This document shows, one piece after another, positions 1 through 11,586 of a stretch of 64,000 bases of DNA (position 1 is its first letter; each line of letters starts with the position of its first letter). The DNA is from Lama guanicoe (taxonomy: Eukaryota), in assembly GCA_013239625.1 (NCBI GenBank), contig MU053754.1, forward strand, positions 1,051,379-1,115,378, written 5' to 3'. The notes under the pieces were generated by a model, which searched no databases, was not told the DNA's origin, and worked only from the letters and a program-made list of their open reading frames with translations. Position numbers and translations under genes: made by a program.

Positions 1-222
1 TATATATTTTTCCTACACATTTTCTTAACAACACACAATTCTTAAGAAATCGTGTAATTGGTGATGTTGAAGAACCGTGTCAATCGTGTTCCCAAGCTGG
101 GTGGCCTGCTGTCTTTTCCCCCTGAGCTCCTGGACTTATAAACTCTGGCATACATCACGGGAGTCACTCAGCTTTGCAAATTTGCCCCTATGTTAAGCCT
201 CTCAGAGCTATTTTAAAAAAAA

Positions 223-283
223 TTTTTTTACTGCAGTCAGTTTACAATGTGTCAGTTTCTGGTGTACAGCATAATATTTCAGT
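223..283 (-). mobile_element. Very short L1 3' terminal fragment (camelid/artiodactyl type)
   Basis: T-tract followed by CAGTCAGTTTACAATGTGTCAGTTTCTGGTGTACAGC, the reverse complement of the L1 3' ends at 16560-16600 and 26416-26460. Confidence 0.75.
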
Positions 284-1360
284 ATCTTATTTGTACTCTG
301 TGCTCTGGGTTACTAAGATTGTTTCTATCAGCAATATGTAAGAAGAGCCTAGGTAGACAGACACTGTGCCAATTATTTTCGAGAAATTGGATCTACTTGT
401 TTGAGAGGTGATTGATCATGGCAGGTACTAAGCAAGAATGCAGAAAAGAAACAAATCCTTACAGTCACACTGTCCAGAGTGTCAGCAGCAACCCTTTTCA
501 CACAGATGCAGCCTGTTACACTGACAGCTTAATACGGATCTGCGGGGTTCGCCTGCCGACACTTCCAGCTCCAGGAAGACACGGCATGCTCTTGAGAGGA
601 CCAGGGAGCCAAAGCTCGTGAGGATGCCCATTTCCTGTCTCCTGTGCCAGATCAAAGCACCCCAGCTTTGTCGCCAGTAAAGGGTCTCTGGGACACGAGG
701 GCATCTCTGAACAAACCCATTCACGCAGGCATAAATAACGTGGGAGGTCCGCTCAAAATTAACGATTGAGGCGTAATATTCGTTACTTTACGGAAGCTGA
801 AAAGAAGACACTGGGGAGGAGGCTGTGGACTAGCTGGGGGTGGGGGACCCTATTTATATAGAACCTATTCGGCCTTTCAACCCATACACAGAACTTGCAC
901 AATCTCACTTGGATATTTAGCTTTCTTCTCCCTTCACCCCCAAAAGAGTGATATTGAGGTTCTTGTGTCCCATGGAACTCCTTTATAATAAAACAACAAT
1001 TAAAGTGACTTGTGTGCCCAGTCAAAACTAACAGCAAGTGCAAACTTAGCAAGTCTGGATCACCACGAAGGTTTGGTAATGATTCAGATTTTGCGCAAGG
1101 GCTAGAAAAGCCTTCCTTACACCGTGGGCAAGGCGGACACGGGTTTCTTAGCTAATTTCCCCTCATGGCTCTTTTGACCTGAGACACACAATTAAGAACC
1201 AACCAAAGAAGTTTCCTTTTGTTTTGCACGTCACAACTCAGCAAACTCAACCCCGTTTGATGAAGTCTAGGCTCACTTTTCCCACTCTTTTATTGAATCA
1301 TCAGTTGCTGTGCTGAACCAAAAAGTGCAGAAGAAGAAGGCATTTTGCATCATCTTGAGT

Positions 1361-1583
1361 AGTGGTACCCAACATAATGCATGAGTGGAAATGCTGTATG
1401 CGTGCACGGCCCAATATGGTAGCCATCAGTCAGAGATGAGAGACATACATGACTTATAATACGGTGAGGGCTAGAAATCTGCCCTGTGTAACCAAAATAC
1501 TAAACGTTTAATTTTACTGCATTTTAATTCATTTAAATTTGCACAGCCATATGTGGCTAGTGGCCACCAAATTGGAGAGGACA
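1361..1583. mobile_element. MER3-like hAT-Charlie MITE
   Basis: CCAATATGGTAGCCA ... TTTAATTCATTTAAATT ... AGCCATATGTGGCTAGTGGCCACC motifs typical of MER3. Confidence 0.65.
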
Positions 1584-1604
1584 AGAGTGTTAAAAGAAAG
1601 TACA

Positions 1605-2106
1605 AGAGTTTGCCTTCAGCATCCATCATACACTCCCTCTAGTGGGAAAGGGAATAAAAAGTACACTTCCCAGATGACCTTATCACTAAGACTCTGAATT
1701 TAATTTGGCAATGCTAATGAACGCACTGATGCAGCGTTTGAAGGCAGAAGTGAAGCAGAAGGTGTTTTTCTTGCCTGTCCCGTGTTCACTGTCTCTGCTA
1801 TTCAGAACCACAGTGGCAGAGTGAAGATTTTCTGCCTGTAGTCCTCAGGTCCTCAGCTTCCTGGAAGTCTCCTGGGGAGACTTCACTGGGGGGGATGCTG
1901 GGCTCTGAGATAGTTGTTCCCGAGAGGCCTCAGAGCCAGCGAGAGGTCAGCTCTGCAGTGCACTGGAGTCATTTCTGCAGGTCTGGATAGAGCCCCTTCC
2001 TTCAACACTTCCAGTCATTTTAGGAGCACCAAATTCCCTGTATTAAATTCCTTCCTGTTTATGTACCTAGAGCAGTTTGTTTCCTTCATCAACGCTGGCT
2101 GACACA
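1605..2106 (+). mobile_element. LTR33-like ERVL solo LTR
   Basis: 3' end AGCACCAAATTCCCTGTATTAAATTCCTTCCTG...TACCTAGAG...GCTGACACA resembles the LTR33 terminus (ATTAAA signal, ends in CA). Confidence 0.6.
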
Positions 2107-2254
2107 AGGGACTAAAGATGACAGATGTGCATTCAAATTTAACCCCTATGCTATCAAAAATGTGAAGAATATAGCCACGGCTTCTCTGATTGTCTGCTGT
2201 GTCACCCGCGTTAATTTATAAACGGCCTTCACTTTGTAACCTATCTAACCTTCC

Positions 2255-2560
2255 CAGTATGCGTATCTGTTGAGCCACATCTATGCGTCTGACACTGTGA
2301 GAGACACGGGGAAAACATGGGCACGTAAGACAGTCTGCCTGCTTCAGCCGTAAGTGTGCTGGAGGGCAAAATTAATCAAGCCATTAGTACACGTGGGATA
2401 GATGCTATAGAAAAACGAGAGAAGGACCAGTGGGGACCACCTCCCCCTGGCACAGAGTTGGCCAGAGCTCCCTGGGTGAAGGGATGAAGGGATGACTAGA
2501 CAGAAAATAGAACAATGAGTAGGAAGAGAATGAGGAACAAAAGCAGTGGGATATTCTTGT
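2255..2560 (-). mobile_element. Degenerate L2 3' fragment
   Basis: TATCTGTTGAGCCACATCTATGCGTCTGACACTGTG...AAGACAGTC resembles the reverse complement of the L2 3' end. Confidence 0.4.
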
Positions 2561-3899
2561 CGGATTTGATCTTCAGAAGCATGAAAATAAAGCTGTAAAT
2601 TTCAGCAACGCAGATCCACCCCAAAGGTTTCTGCTGGGTTGTGAGATGAAAGGTGTTTGTGATTTATAACACACAGGCTACTCAGAGTAAGCTGTAGCTT
2701 TAGAGCAAAGAGAATCTGGGGTCTTAGCAAGCCTCAGAGTAATTGCTGAATGTGTTTCCAGAAGCACCACAGGCATGATGTCAAAGTGTAAAACAGAGGA
2801 CAGAAAATAACTCTGTTATTGAAGAAATTTATGTTCCCTTTATCAGAGACAAATGATCCAGCTTCCGTTTCTCCAAATATCCAGCGCCATTTCTAGAACC
2901 AGTCCTTTAATGACCTAATAAATACAGCCTGGGAGAGAGAGCTGCTTTATGAAACGGTAAAATTCCTAAGTAAGATTTCATGCACTTGGAAAGAACATAG
3001 AGTCGGACACTCCTATATTATTACAGACACATGTGGTATTTATGACCTAGTTGGTATATTAAAGCCTGCTTTCTTCCATTTTAGAGGAGCTTAAAAATAG
3101 TCTTCCTCACACATGAAACTATTTAGGAAATTTTAGATAAGATGTACAAAGCCCAGAAATACGAGCAGACAGCTCAGGGTAATGGCAGACGACTCCACTG
3201 GGCGGTGTAACTGCTGTCCCTATAATAAAGCCAAGGGTATTTCTCCCACAGGTTTTATGATTTTCTGCCCAATTCAGTTTGTTGTCCACTTGTGAGTTCA
3301 TGAGACTGACCTAAAACACGTTGAATCTGCTGAATAATGTAGCAGTGAACTCAGCCAAGACTCTGCTCAGCGATGGTAATGCAACCACATCACGGAGGGC
3401 CAAGCACGTCTGACTGATTCCTGGTGGCACCTAATAAGTGCACTTTTACACGGTGAGCGACGCTTCTCTGTTTCTTTCATGTGCTCGAACACCTCTACGT
3501 GTTTCTGCAAAACAGCAAAAACTCGTACCCAGTGTATGAACTGTGCGTAGGAAATGCAACTGACTCGTATACAGACTGTATTTCAGAGAAGGCACAGCAA
3601 AGCAAAACAGAAGGGTGCCTTCCACAGGAAATGCAGTCTGCTCATTCCTCCTAGAGAGTCAAGACTTGTCCAGCAGGGTAAGTCCTTCCCGCGAAGCGGT
3701 GACCTTCTCTCGCTTTTATTTTTGGGAAATGGACTTCCTGCCATTTGCTAATGAGGCAGACCAGGGACCCTCGTGTACAGAGGTGGCTCCCAGTAACCCC
3801 CTCCAGCCCATCCACATCCAGAGTCAACTGGGAAGACGAAATGAGCTTGTGCCTGGTGGACGAGGACGATTCCTCAGGAACTGACAGACCACCTAGCAG

Positions 3900-4520
3900 T
3901 CAGAGAAGGGGGGCAGGCCCCTTGGTGCGCTGCCATTTTGTCCTTTTGTCCATCCTCCCGGCCCCGCTTCCCGCCCTCCCGCAGCACCATCACCACTGCC
4001 TGCATGGCTAGGCAGCCAGAGGCAGGGCTTTTCACTCCGAATTTCACGGCCTGATAAAATGCAGGGGCTGTTTCCCTGGGGACCGAAAGCCCTCCTTTGT
4101 GAGCGGGCAGAAGGTCGGGTTAAGTCCTGCGTTTTGGCAGCAGGCATCTGTTTGTCTTCAGCGAGGTCTCCCAACAGGAGGGAGGGAGGGAGGCAGGGAG
4201 GCCGGTTCAGAAAGCCCTCTTGGCAGGGCAACCCCCCTTCTGCCTGCACTCAACAGACATCAGGCACTTGTAAATCGGCTGCCCACCGCACTGATAGCCC
4301 AACCGAATCAATTCGATTAAGCGGTGAGACACTGAGCCTTCTCTCTCTTGCAGACTCAGCTCTCACTTGTTGCTTTAAGGGGGGTGGGGAGCAAAGCATA
4401 GCGTTTTGCTCAGACTTTTTAATTAGCAAAAGGAACCTGTAAAACATCAGATTGGAAACATTGAAGATATTACTTATGGGGCTTTTTTTTATTTTTTTTT
4501 CGCAATAAAATTGTAGAGCT
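3900..4520. promoter_or_regulatory. Candidate enhancer / conserved non-coding element
   Basis: No recognisable repeat, CpGs retained, YY1-like GCTGCCATTTTG (3929-3940), homeodomain/Onecut-like AATCAATTCGATTAA (4306-4320), GATA-like TGATAA/TGATAG. Confidence 0.35.
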
Positions 4521-5330
4521 TTGAAATTAATGCTTCTCAATTCAGGAAACTTGTTGGGCTATTAAGAGACATTTGCTATTCTAGGCTGATAGAGAGCTCA
4601 TTATATCAAAAGAAAGTCTGTATGAGAAAGCTTTTGCAGAACATGATTAATCTTGATTATTTCTGTAAGTCAAAGCTACAATTTCTACTCCAGAAAGAGA
4701 CAGTCCCTAAAAACTTAAATAAATGAATATGACCCAGATCAGTAGTTCAAAAACAGAGTTTTCTAATGTCATTATAATTGGCAGAGTGATGCTTTCTCAC
4801 TGTAACAGGACTGTACTTTGTCCAACACTGTTCTTTAAGATGATACTTCAGTAGATCAGCTTATATGAAGAAAAATAAGCATTTGTAAATTGGGAGGAAA
4901 TCACTGGAAATAAGCGGGTTAGTCAGACACAGGGAATCCCAAAGAGAAAGGAATTCTACAGGCAAGAAAGCAATAAAAAATAATATATTTGATGAATCTG
5001 AAGTCATTCTAAACATAACCAGGTACAGATACACACACACACACAGCAAAGAAGTAAAAGTAATACATTGCCAACTAAATGAGGGGACAGTAATCAGATG
5101 TGTGGGAAGAGGGAAAAAGAGGCTTCAGGAAAGTACTCGGTGAAATAGAATAGTGGTCCTAACATTCATCTTTTCATTAGAATATTTTATTTCCTGTGAT
5201 CCCCTTTTTCTCCCTTTTCTGTAAGGTGGATGCAATTACTCCAGCGTTCTTTTTAAAAGAAAGGCAATATGCTTTGGGAAATTAACCCCCTTAACAACTG
5301 TCATCCTTCCTCACTCCATTAGAATATCAT

Positions 5331-5699
5331 AAAGACAAACATCATACGATATCACTTATATGTAGAATCTTAAAAAAAAGATACCAATTTTATTTACAAA
5401 CCAAAAACAGACTCACTCACGGACTTAGAAAACAAACCATGGTTACCCAAGGGGAAAGGGCGGGGAGGGATAAATTAGGGGTTAGGGTTTAAAAGACACA
5501 CATGGCTATATATAAAATCGATGAACAAGGACCTACTACACAGCATGGTGAACTCTATTCAATACCTCGTAATAACCTATAATGGAAAAGAATCTGAGCA
5601 AATATACACATGTATATGTGTAATTGAATCACTCTGCTGTACACCTGAAACTAACACTGTACATCAACTGCACGTCAATAAAATATTTTTTTTAAAAAA
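5331..5699 (+). mobile_element. 5'-truncated L1 (artiodactyl L1 3' UTR)
   Basis: ATCACTTATATGTAGAATCT...GGTTACC...AACAAGGACCTACT...CTGTACACCTGAAACTAACAC...CAATAAAA plus A-tail; AGAATAT on both flanks. Confidence 0.85.
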
Positions 5700-6199
5700 G
5701 AATATTAGAGACAAAGTGCAAGACTTGAAAATCAGAAGATGGAAAAGCAAACCACACACACGGACACATACGAACAAATACACACGCTCTTTGACTGGAG
5801 ACCTCGTGGCTTTCTTAAAGCCCAGAGAGATGCCACCTCCAGTACTAAATACAGAACCCGGTTACGTCCATGTGCCCACGGAATGTCACCTGACAGAACG
5901 ACATAAGTGGTGTGGATGTGTGGGGGCAGCTGACTCGTCTTTCCTCAAAAGTATTAACCATATCGCCCCTCACGCTGATTTGAGGTTAGTGCTTAGCGTT
6001 CCAGAAAGGCACCACTTTGGTTTCACACGGCTGTTGTAGTCTTCATGTCAGATACTTGAGATTTATTACACCCGGAATTTGCAATGTGGACCAACGCCAA
6101 AACAGAGTTTATACTCATATTATAACAGACAGTTCTACAATAAATTTAATGCAAAATTTTAAGGATAAACTAAGTCTAAGAGGTTTATAATCCCATCCA

Positions 6200-6700
6200 T
6201 ACCACCCAACATTTGTACATAAATCTTGGTAACAGCACCATTCATAGTAGTCAAAAAGTGGAAACAAGCCTCATGCCCCTTAAGTCATGAATGAATAAAT
6301 GAAATGAAAATGCACAGTGGAATATTATTTGGTGATGAAAAGGGGTGGAATACTGATGAGATACTTGCTACATACAGTACAGATGAGCCTTAAAAACATT
6401 ATGCTTAGTGAGAGACGCCAAATACAGAAAACTACGTATATATGATTCCATTTAAACGGAATGTTCAGAAGGAGCCAATCTACCCAGGAAGGAGAACAGA
6501 TGAGGGCTTATCCAGGACTGGGGAGATGAGAGGGAACTGGGAGTGACTACTCACGCCCACAGTGTTTCACTGGGGGTGGTGTTTAAAATCGCCTGTAATT
6601 GTGCTGATGGCTGACTACACAATTCTGCAAGTATACGGAAAACCACTGAATTGTTCAAATACGTAAACTGTATAGCACGTGAATTATATCTCAATACTGT
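6200..6700 (+). mobile_element. Old L1 (L1MB-like) 3' end
   Basis: AAAAAGTGGAAACAA, GTGGAATATTATT, AAAACATTATGCTTAGTGA, TATGATTCCATTTA, GTGAATTATATCTCAATA motifs. Confidence 0.8.
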
Positions 6701-8504
6701 TACTATCTTTTATGTTTATACATTTACCAATATATAATTATACTAAGAACAATTCAAAATGAAAGTCATGGAAGTTAAAAATGCAGCAATCTTTACCTGT
6801 CCCATTGTGAAGACATCCACATTGTCAGATGTGTCTCTCCCACTTGGTAGGCTGAGCATGAAGCCAGTCTCTTTCAGAGTGTGGGCTAGGCTCCTCCTCA
6901 CCCCTCACCAAGACGGGGACTAAGTAAGTCTGAAGGAGCACCCAAGAGGACGTGTCCATGTGGGCTCCAGGTGATGCTCACGCATACTGAACTTGAGGAC
7001 CACGGGCCAATGACAGCAATTACTTCAAATCACACCGAGTCCAGAAAAAGACACTGGCCATGTAAAAATGTGAAATTTTTCTAAATAACTTTAAATGTTT
7101 CTACTTTCATGTTAATTCTGGAATAACTATTTTCCAGGCAGCATATTTAAACCACCCACAAGCAATAAATCTAGAAGATGCATGAAAACAATGAGGTTAT
7201 CTCCTGCTTGATAGGGCAGTCAAAACACTTTTTTTCCCTCTGTGTCTGTCAGCTGGAAAAAAATGACCTCTTGAAAACGAAATGGCCTCTTGAAAAACAG
7301 ATAAATTCTAGACATACCTATGCAAGAATTGGCACTCATTTATTCATTCCTAACAGTGCATATGTTATCCAGGAAAGGCCTTTATCATGAAAACAAAAAA
7401 TAGGAGGTGTGTCTGCAATTTGTAATCACCAGATTCTCTGCTAATCAGTCAATGTAGCAAAATGATGTATGACCCCGAGATACAGGTGACCACAATTTTA
7501 AGCTTAAATCCAATGTTGCACGACTGAATCTGGCACTCCCGTTCTCATACCATAATACGACTCAACTTCAAGTACAAGTCCCTCGACATGCAAGTCCAGG
7601 TTCCTTGTGGGAGAAGCGCACTGAGGCAGAAGAGTACCTGGGAGGTGTGTGCAACCTCGCATCAATGGAGGGGGGTCAACATGTCCAGCTGCCCAGCGGT
7701 GGAAGGAATGTCCACGCCCGCCTGACCCAGAAGGGTGACCCAAAAGGCTTTTTCGGCAGAGGTCAGCAGAGCACAAACCGCCTGAGATTTCCAACTGCCA
7801 GCCTTCCTACAGGAAGACTTCTCATGAAGCCCCTCTGATTTTGGAAAAAGATCGACTGTTTTAAAACTCCCCATAATTCACTTTTGCAAAAGAGGCAAGA
7901 GTATCTTTAGCCATACCTAGGCCTCTAGCATTACAGGAACCCTTACCTGGGGAAGGAGGGCACTGTGATAAGTGACGTCTATCACAGACTCTACTTTCCA
8001 AGTTAGTAAAGAGCAGAGGAGCAGCTGCTGACTTCGGGGACAGGAGTCGTAAGTGTGGGACAGTCGTGGGAGACCCCTCCAGGCGTGTGAGACCTGAATT
8101 CTGTAGGTCTAGCGGTTTGGGAGACTGCTGCTACTACATTCAAGTGCTGTGAGAGAGGCTACTTGAAATGACATCATACTTCTCAGCATGAACATAAAGG
8201 TAAGCCATAACAGCCATCTTCCATCTTTACTTGACAGCAATAAAAGCTTTATATCTTCTGTACATTGCAATTATTAGTAAAGTAACGGCTACCCCCGCCC
8301 CCCCAAAAAAGGGAAAGTCTTGAAAACAGAATCCTATCTGAAGAGAATGTGTCACACGGCATTTGCATTACTCCTGAGATCAAGGTTGAGGGCTTCACCC
8401 TGACGTGGCACAATGTGTCGTATGCTGAGAAAATCTGTTCTACCTCTGAGAGCAACGTGAGCAGACTTCTGGTAAGAGATGTACTGTTTATCCTGAGGAC
8501 AAAG

Positions 8505-8691
8505 GCAGGGTTTCTCAGCCTTGGCACTGTGGACATTTGAGGTTGGATGTATCCTTGCTGGGGGAGGCTGAGCTGTGTCGTAGGGTGTTAGCAACACCCT
8601 TGAGCCCTACCCACTAAATACCAGCAGCACCCTCACCTCCACCTGTGAAAACCCAAGGTCTCAAAATAAGGCCCCTGGTTGGAACCAATGG
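8505..8691. mobile_element. MER20-like hAT MITE
   Basis: CAGGGTTTCTCAGCCTTGGCACTGTGGACATTT ... CTACCCACTA ... CTGGTTGGAACCA. Confidence 0.7.
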
Positions 8692-10908
8692 GAGAGGGTA
8701 AGAGAATGTTAACAAATCAGCTTAAAGCCATTACCACTGAGGGGAGAAGCAGTCAGAGCACATCCTACTGATCCTGAATCAGAACCCTCATCTCCGCAGT
8801 ACAGACTTCTCAATAATATAACCCAGACTAAAACTCTGATGTGAGGTTACAACGAATAGGTTGGAAGTGATTCATGGTAACAATTCAAAGGATGAAAGAA
8901 AACAGTAATAATTATAAGTAACACTTGAAAGTAACTTCCGGGGTTTAAAGTATGTTCACACATCAACATGGCTCTGTACAATGCTTCTGTGGTGCTTTTG
9001 GAATATTTATGTAAAGAAGTCAATTGGAATATTTATGTAAAAAAGTCCCTATGTTTAGGGAACAGACTGTTTCCAGCTAGAAGCTACTTTAGAGACACTT
9101 CCCCTCTTATAAGCAATAAGCAAACTGAGCTGCTATGTTCAACGTCCTTGAGAAAAGACCTGGGATCTCCATGAAGATGAAGAAAAGAGGAAAAAAAAGG
9201 AATTGTTACATTATTGAAATTCCTCATTATGTTCTTTTGAGCCAAAGGAGCCCCTTAAAAACACACATTTTGATTGTATCTCATTTCAGCACTCAGCTCT
9301 GTTCGGTTCAGCCATCTACTTGAAGGCATCAAATATCATCAAAACTTCCCATTTCCACAGAGCATTTGAAACCCGGTGAAGTTCATGAAATTGCAGTGAT
9401 GTTATCAATTGTGAGACGAGCCAATTAAATTAATGCTTCTCGGGTTAATCTTCATAGCGGAAAATAATTTATATGTTTCCTTTAAAGTGCACCAATGTGA
9501 CATATTATAATATAATAATTACACGAACATAATTTTATTACAAAGGAAACAAAATGCATCAGCTCAAGTAAATGCTAAAAGTAAGCACCTAATAAACATC
9601 GAAGCTAAGTTACTACTGGCCATAATTCTGGAGTCGAAAATAAGCAAAATAATTCAAAAGTGGGTAAATTTTTTTTTATCATTTTGCTATACCAAAGCCA
9701 AACTGAAGAATAAAAATTCTTTAATATACGTTAACTTTATATTCTTTGTATTTTGATTGTATATTATCACTTCATACAATTAAAGAACCAGAGAAATTTG
9801 TTACTCTACTAACATTAAGTAACAATATATTTAAAATACTCTTATGAATCTTTAAAAGGACCAGAGTTACTAAACAGTGAGTTACTAAATAGTATATATG
9901 CTTATTTGCTTATTAATTTACTTTTTAATTTCCAGATATATCACTGAATAGCCAGTGTTAACACATGTGCTCATTTATTTTAACACCCAGTTTTAATACA
10001 CGCTTACAGACATATGGACACGTGGTATTTTAAGGGCCACTATACACAACCAGCTGCACCCTAGATGTTTAGTCAATAAAAACTGAAGCCAGGACTGAAT
10101 ATCCCCTTAGACAGCCTCTCTTTAACATAAAGAACCAAGCAAGGAATGGCACTGTCCCAAGCCAGCATCTCCCTTATCACCAGACTCTCCGTTAAAACGG
10201 TCCCAATAAGAAAGGTTTAAAGACATGAAAATCCACTAGAAAAATCCTACACTGCCCTCGTCTGTGTCTCTCCCAGGAATGCCACCTGAATTCCTCTGGC
10301 ACCCCGAGTATTTAAAACGGGCTCATCCTCACCTCCAAGACATCCCGTGAAATACAAATTCAAAACTACCCCGGCATCTCTGGTAAGTCAGACGTGGATG
10401 GAATCGTCGGGACAGGGCGTGAGACAGAGAAAACCAAATGTAAGGATTCATAAATCCTAGGAGCGAGCCAGAAGAGTCTAGAGGGTCCCATTTGTCTGCT
10501 GAGGACTTCATGGCCAGGGAGGTGGCGTACGGGACTAACTCCTCAACATGACAAGACCAGGACTTGAAGAGATGTCTGGCCCCCAGCACTCACCTGCCAG
10601 TCACAGCATCTTCCTGAGCCTTGAGAATGGACCTCCCAGCGCATCCCTACCTCCCCTTTCGCTTTTTTTTTTTTTAACCACTGCCCCATCACCCTCTTCT
10701 CTTGTACACATGAGGACAAGATGTGTGTCTCTGTTCTCGGGGATGCTGTGCATAAGCAGGAGGTCCTCCCTTGAATGAAGACAGCAATACAGACCCAGCG
10801 CCCTGCATCTGCACAGGACCAAGTCCTACCATTTGAAGTTCCTCGCAAACGGGAATGGTCATCTCAAGTTTCAACAGCACAAAACGGTGCGCCCACAAGT
10901 ACCAGCCA

Positions 10909-11586
10909 TTTCTTTCTCTCTTTTTTTAAATTGAAGTGCAGTTGATTTACAATGTTGTGTTAGTTTCTGGTGTACAGCATAGTGGCTTAGCTACATATAC
11001 ATACATATATATTCTTTCTCAGGTTTTTTTCATTATAAGCTATTACAAGATATTGAATATAGTTCCCTCTGCTATACAATAGGTCCTTGTTATTTATCTG
11101 TTTTATACATAGTAGCTTGTATCTGCTAATCCCAGACACCTAATTTATCCTTCCCTTACCCAATCTCCCCTTTGGTAACCAAAAGTTTGTTTTCTATGTC
11201 TGTGAGTTGTCTCTGTTTGTAAATATGTTCATTTGTATCATATTTTAGATTCTACATATAAGTGGTATCATCTGGTATTTTTCCTTCTCCGTCCGTCTTA
11301 CTTCACTTAGGATGATAATTTCTAGGTCCATCCATGTTGCTGTAAATGGTATTATTTTATTCTTTTTATGGCTGAGTAGTATTCCATGATGTGTGTATAC
11401 ATATATATATATACACACACACACACCACAACTTCTTTATCCAGTCATCTGTTGATGGATACTTCGGCTGCTTCCATGTTTCGGCCATTCTAAATAGTGC
11501 TGCTGTGAACATTGAGGTGCATGTGTCTTTTCAAATCACAGTTTTCTCCGGATAGGTGCCCAGCAGTGGGATGGCTGGATCATAGG
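10909..11586 (-). mobile_element. 5'-truncated L1 (end of ORF2 plus 3' UTR) with 12-bp TSD
   Basis: T-rich tail, then TTGAAGTGCAGTTGATTTACAATGTTG...; TSD AAGTACCAGCCA at 10897-10908 and 11587-11598; internal (TA)n(CA)n. Confidence 0.9.

Noticed and set aside
4437..4462. CTGTAAAACATCAGATTGGAAAC resembling miR-30
   Set aside because: The seed differs (extra A) and there is no complementary 3' arm for a pre-miRNA hairpin.
5521..6039. 172-aa ORF (longest in the track)
   Set aside because: It begins inside an L1 3' UTR and runs through its tail; no recognisable domain or exon structure.
7261..7296. Short direct repeats (also near 9864-9893, 43905-43947, 46858-46902, 57597-57632)
   Set aside because: Ordinary local slippage duplications with no further structure.
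8349..8477. Plus-strand ORF segment ending at CTG|gtaaga
   Set aside because: No good acceptor, no recognisable protein, and it is opposite to the inferred host strand; the ORF runs on into a MER20.
10588..10600. Perfect minus-strand donor CAG|gtgagt
   Set aside because: No convincing acceptor, open frame or promoter context upstream; isolated donors are common.
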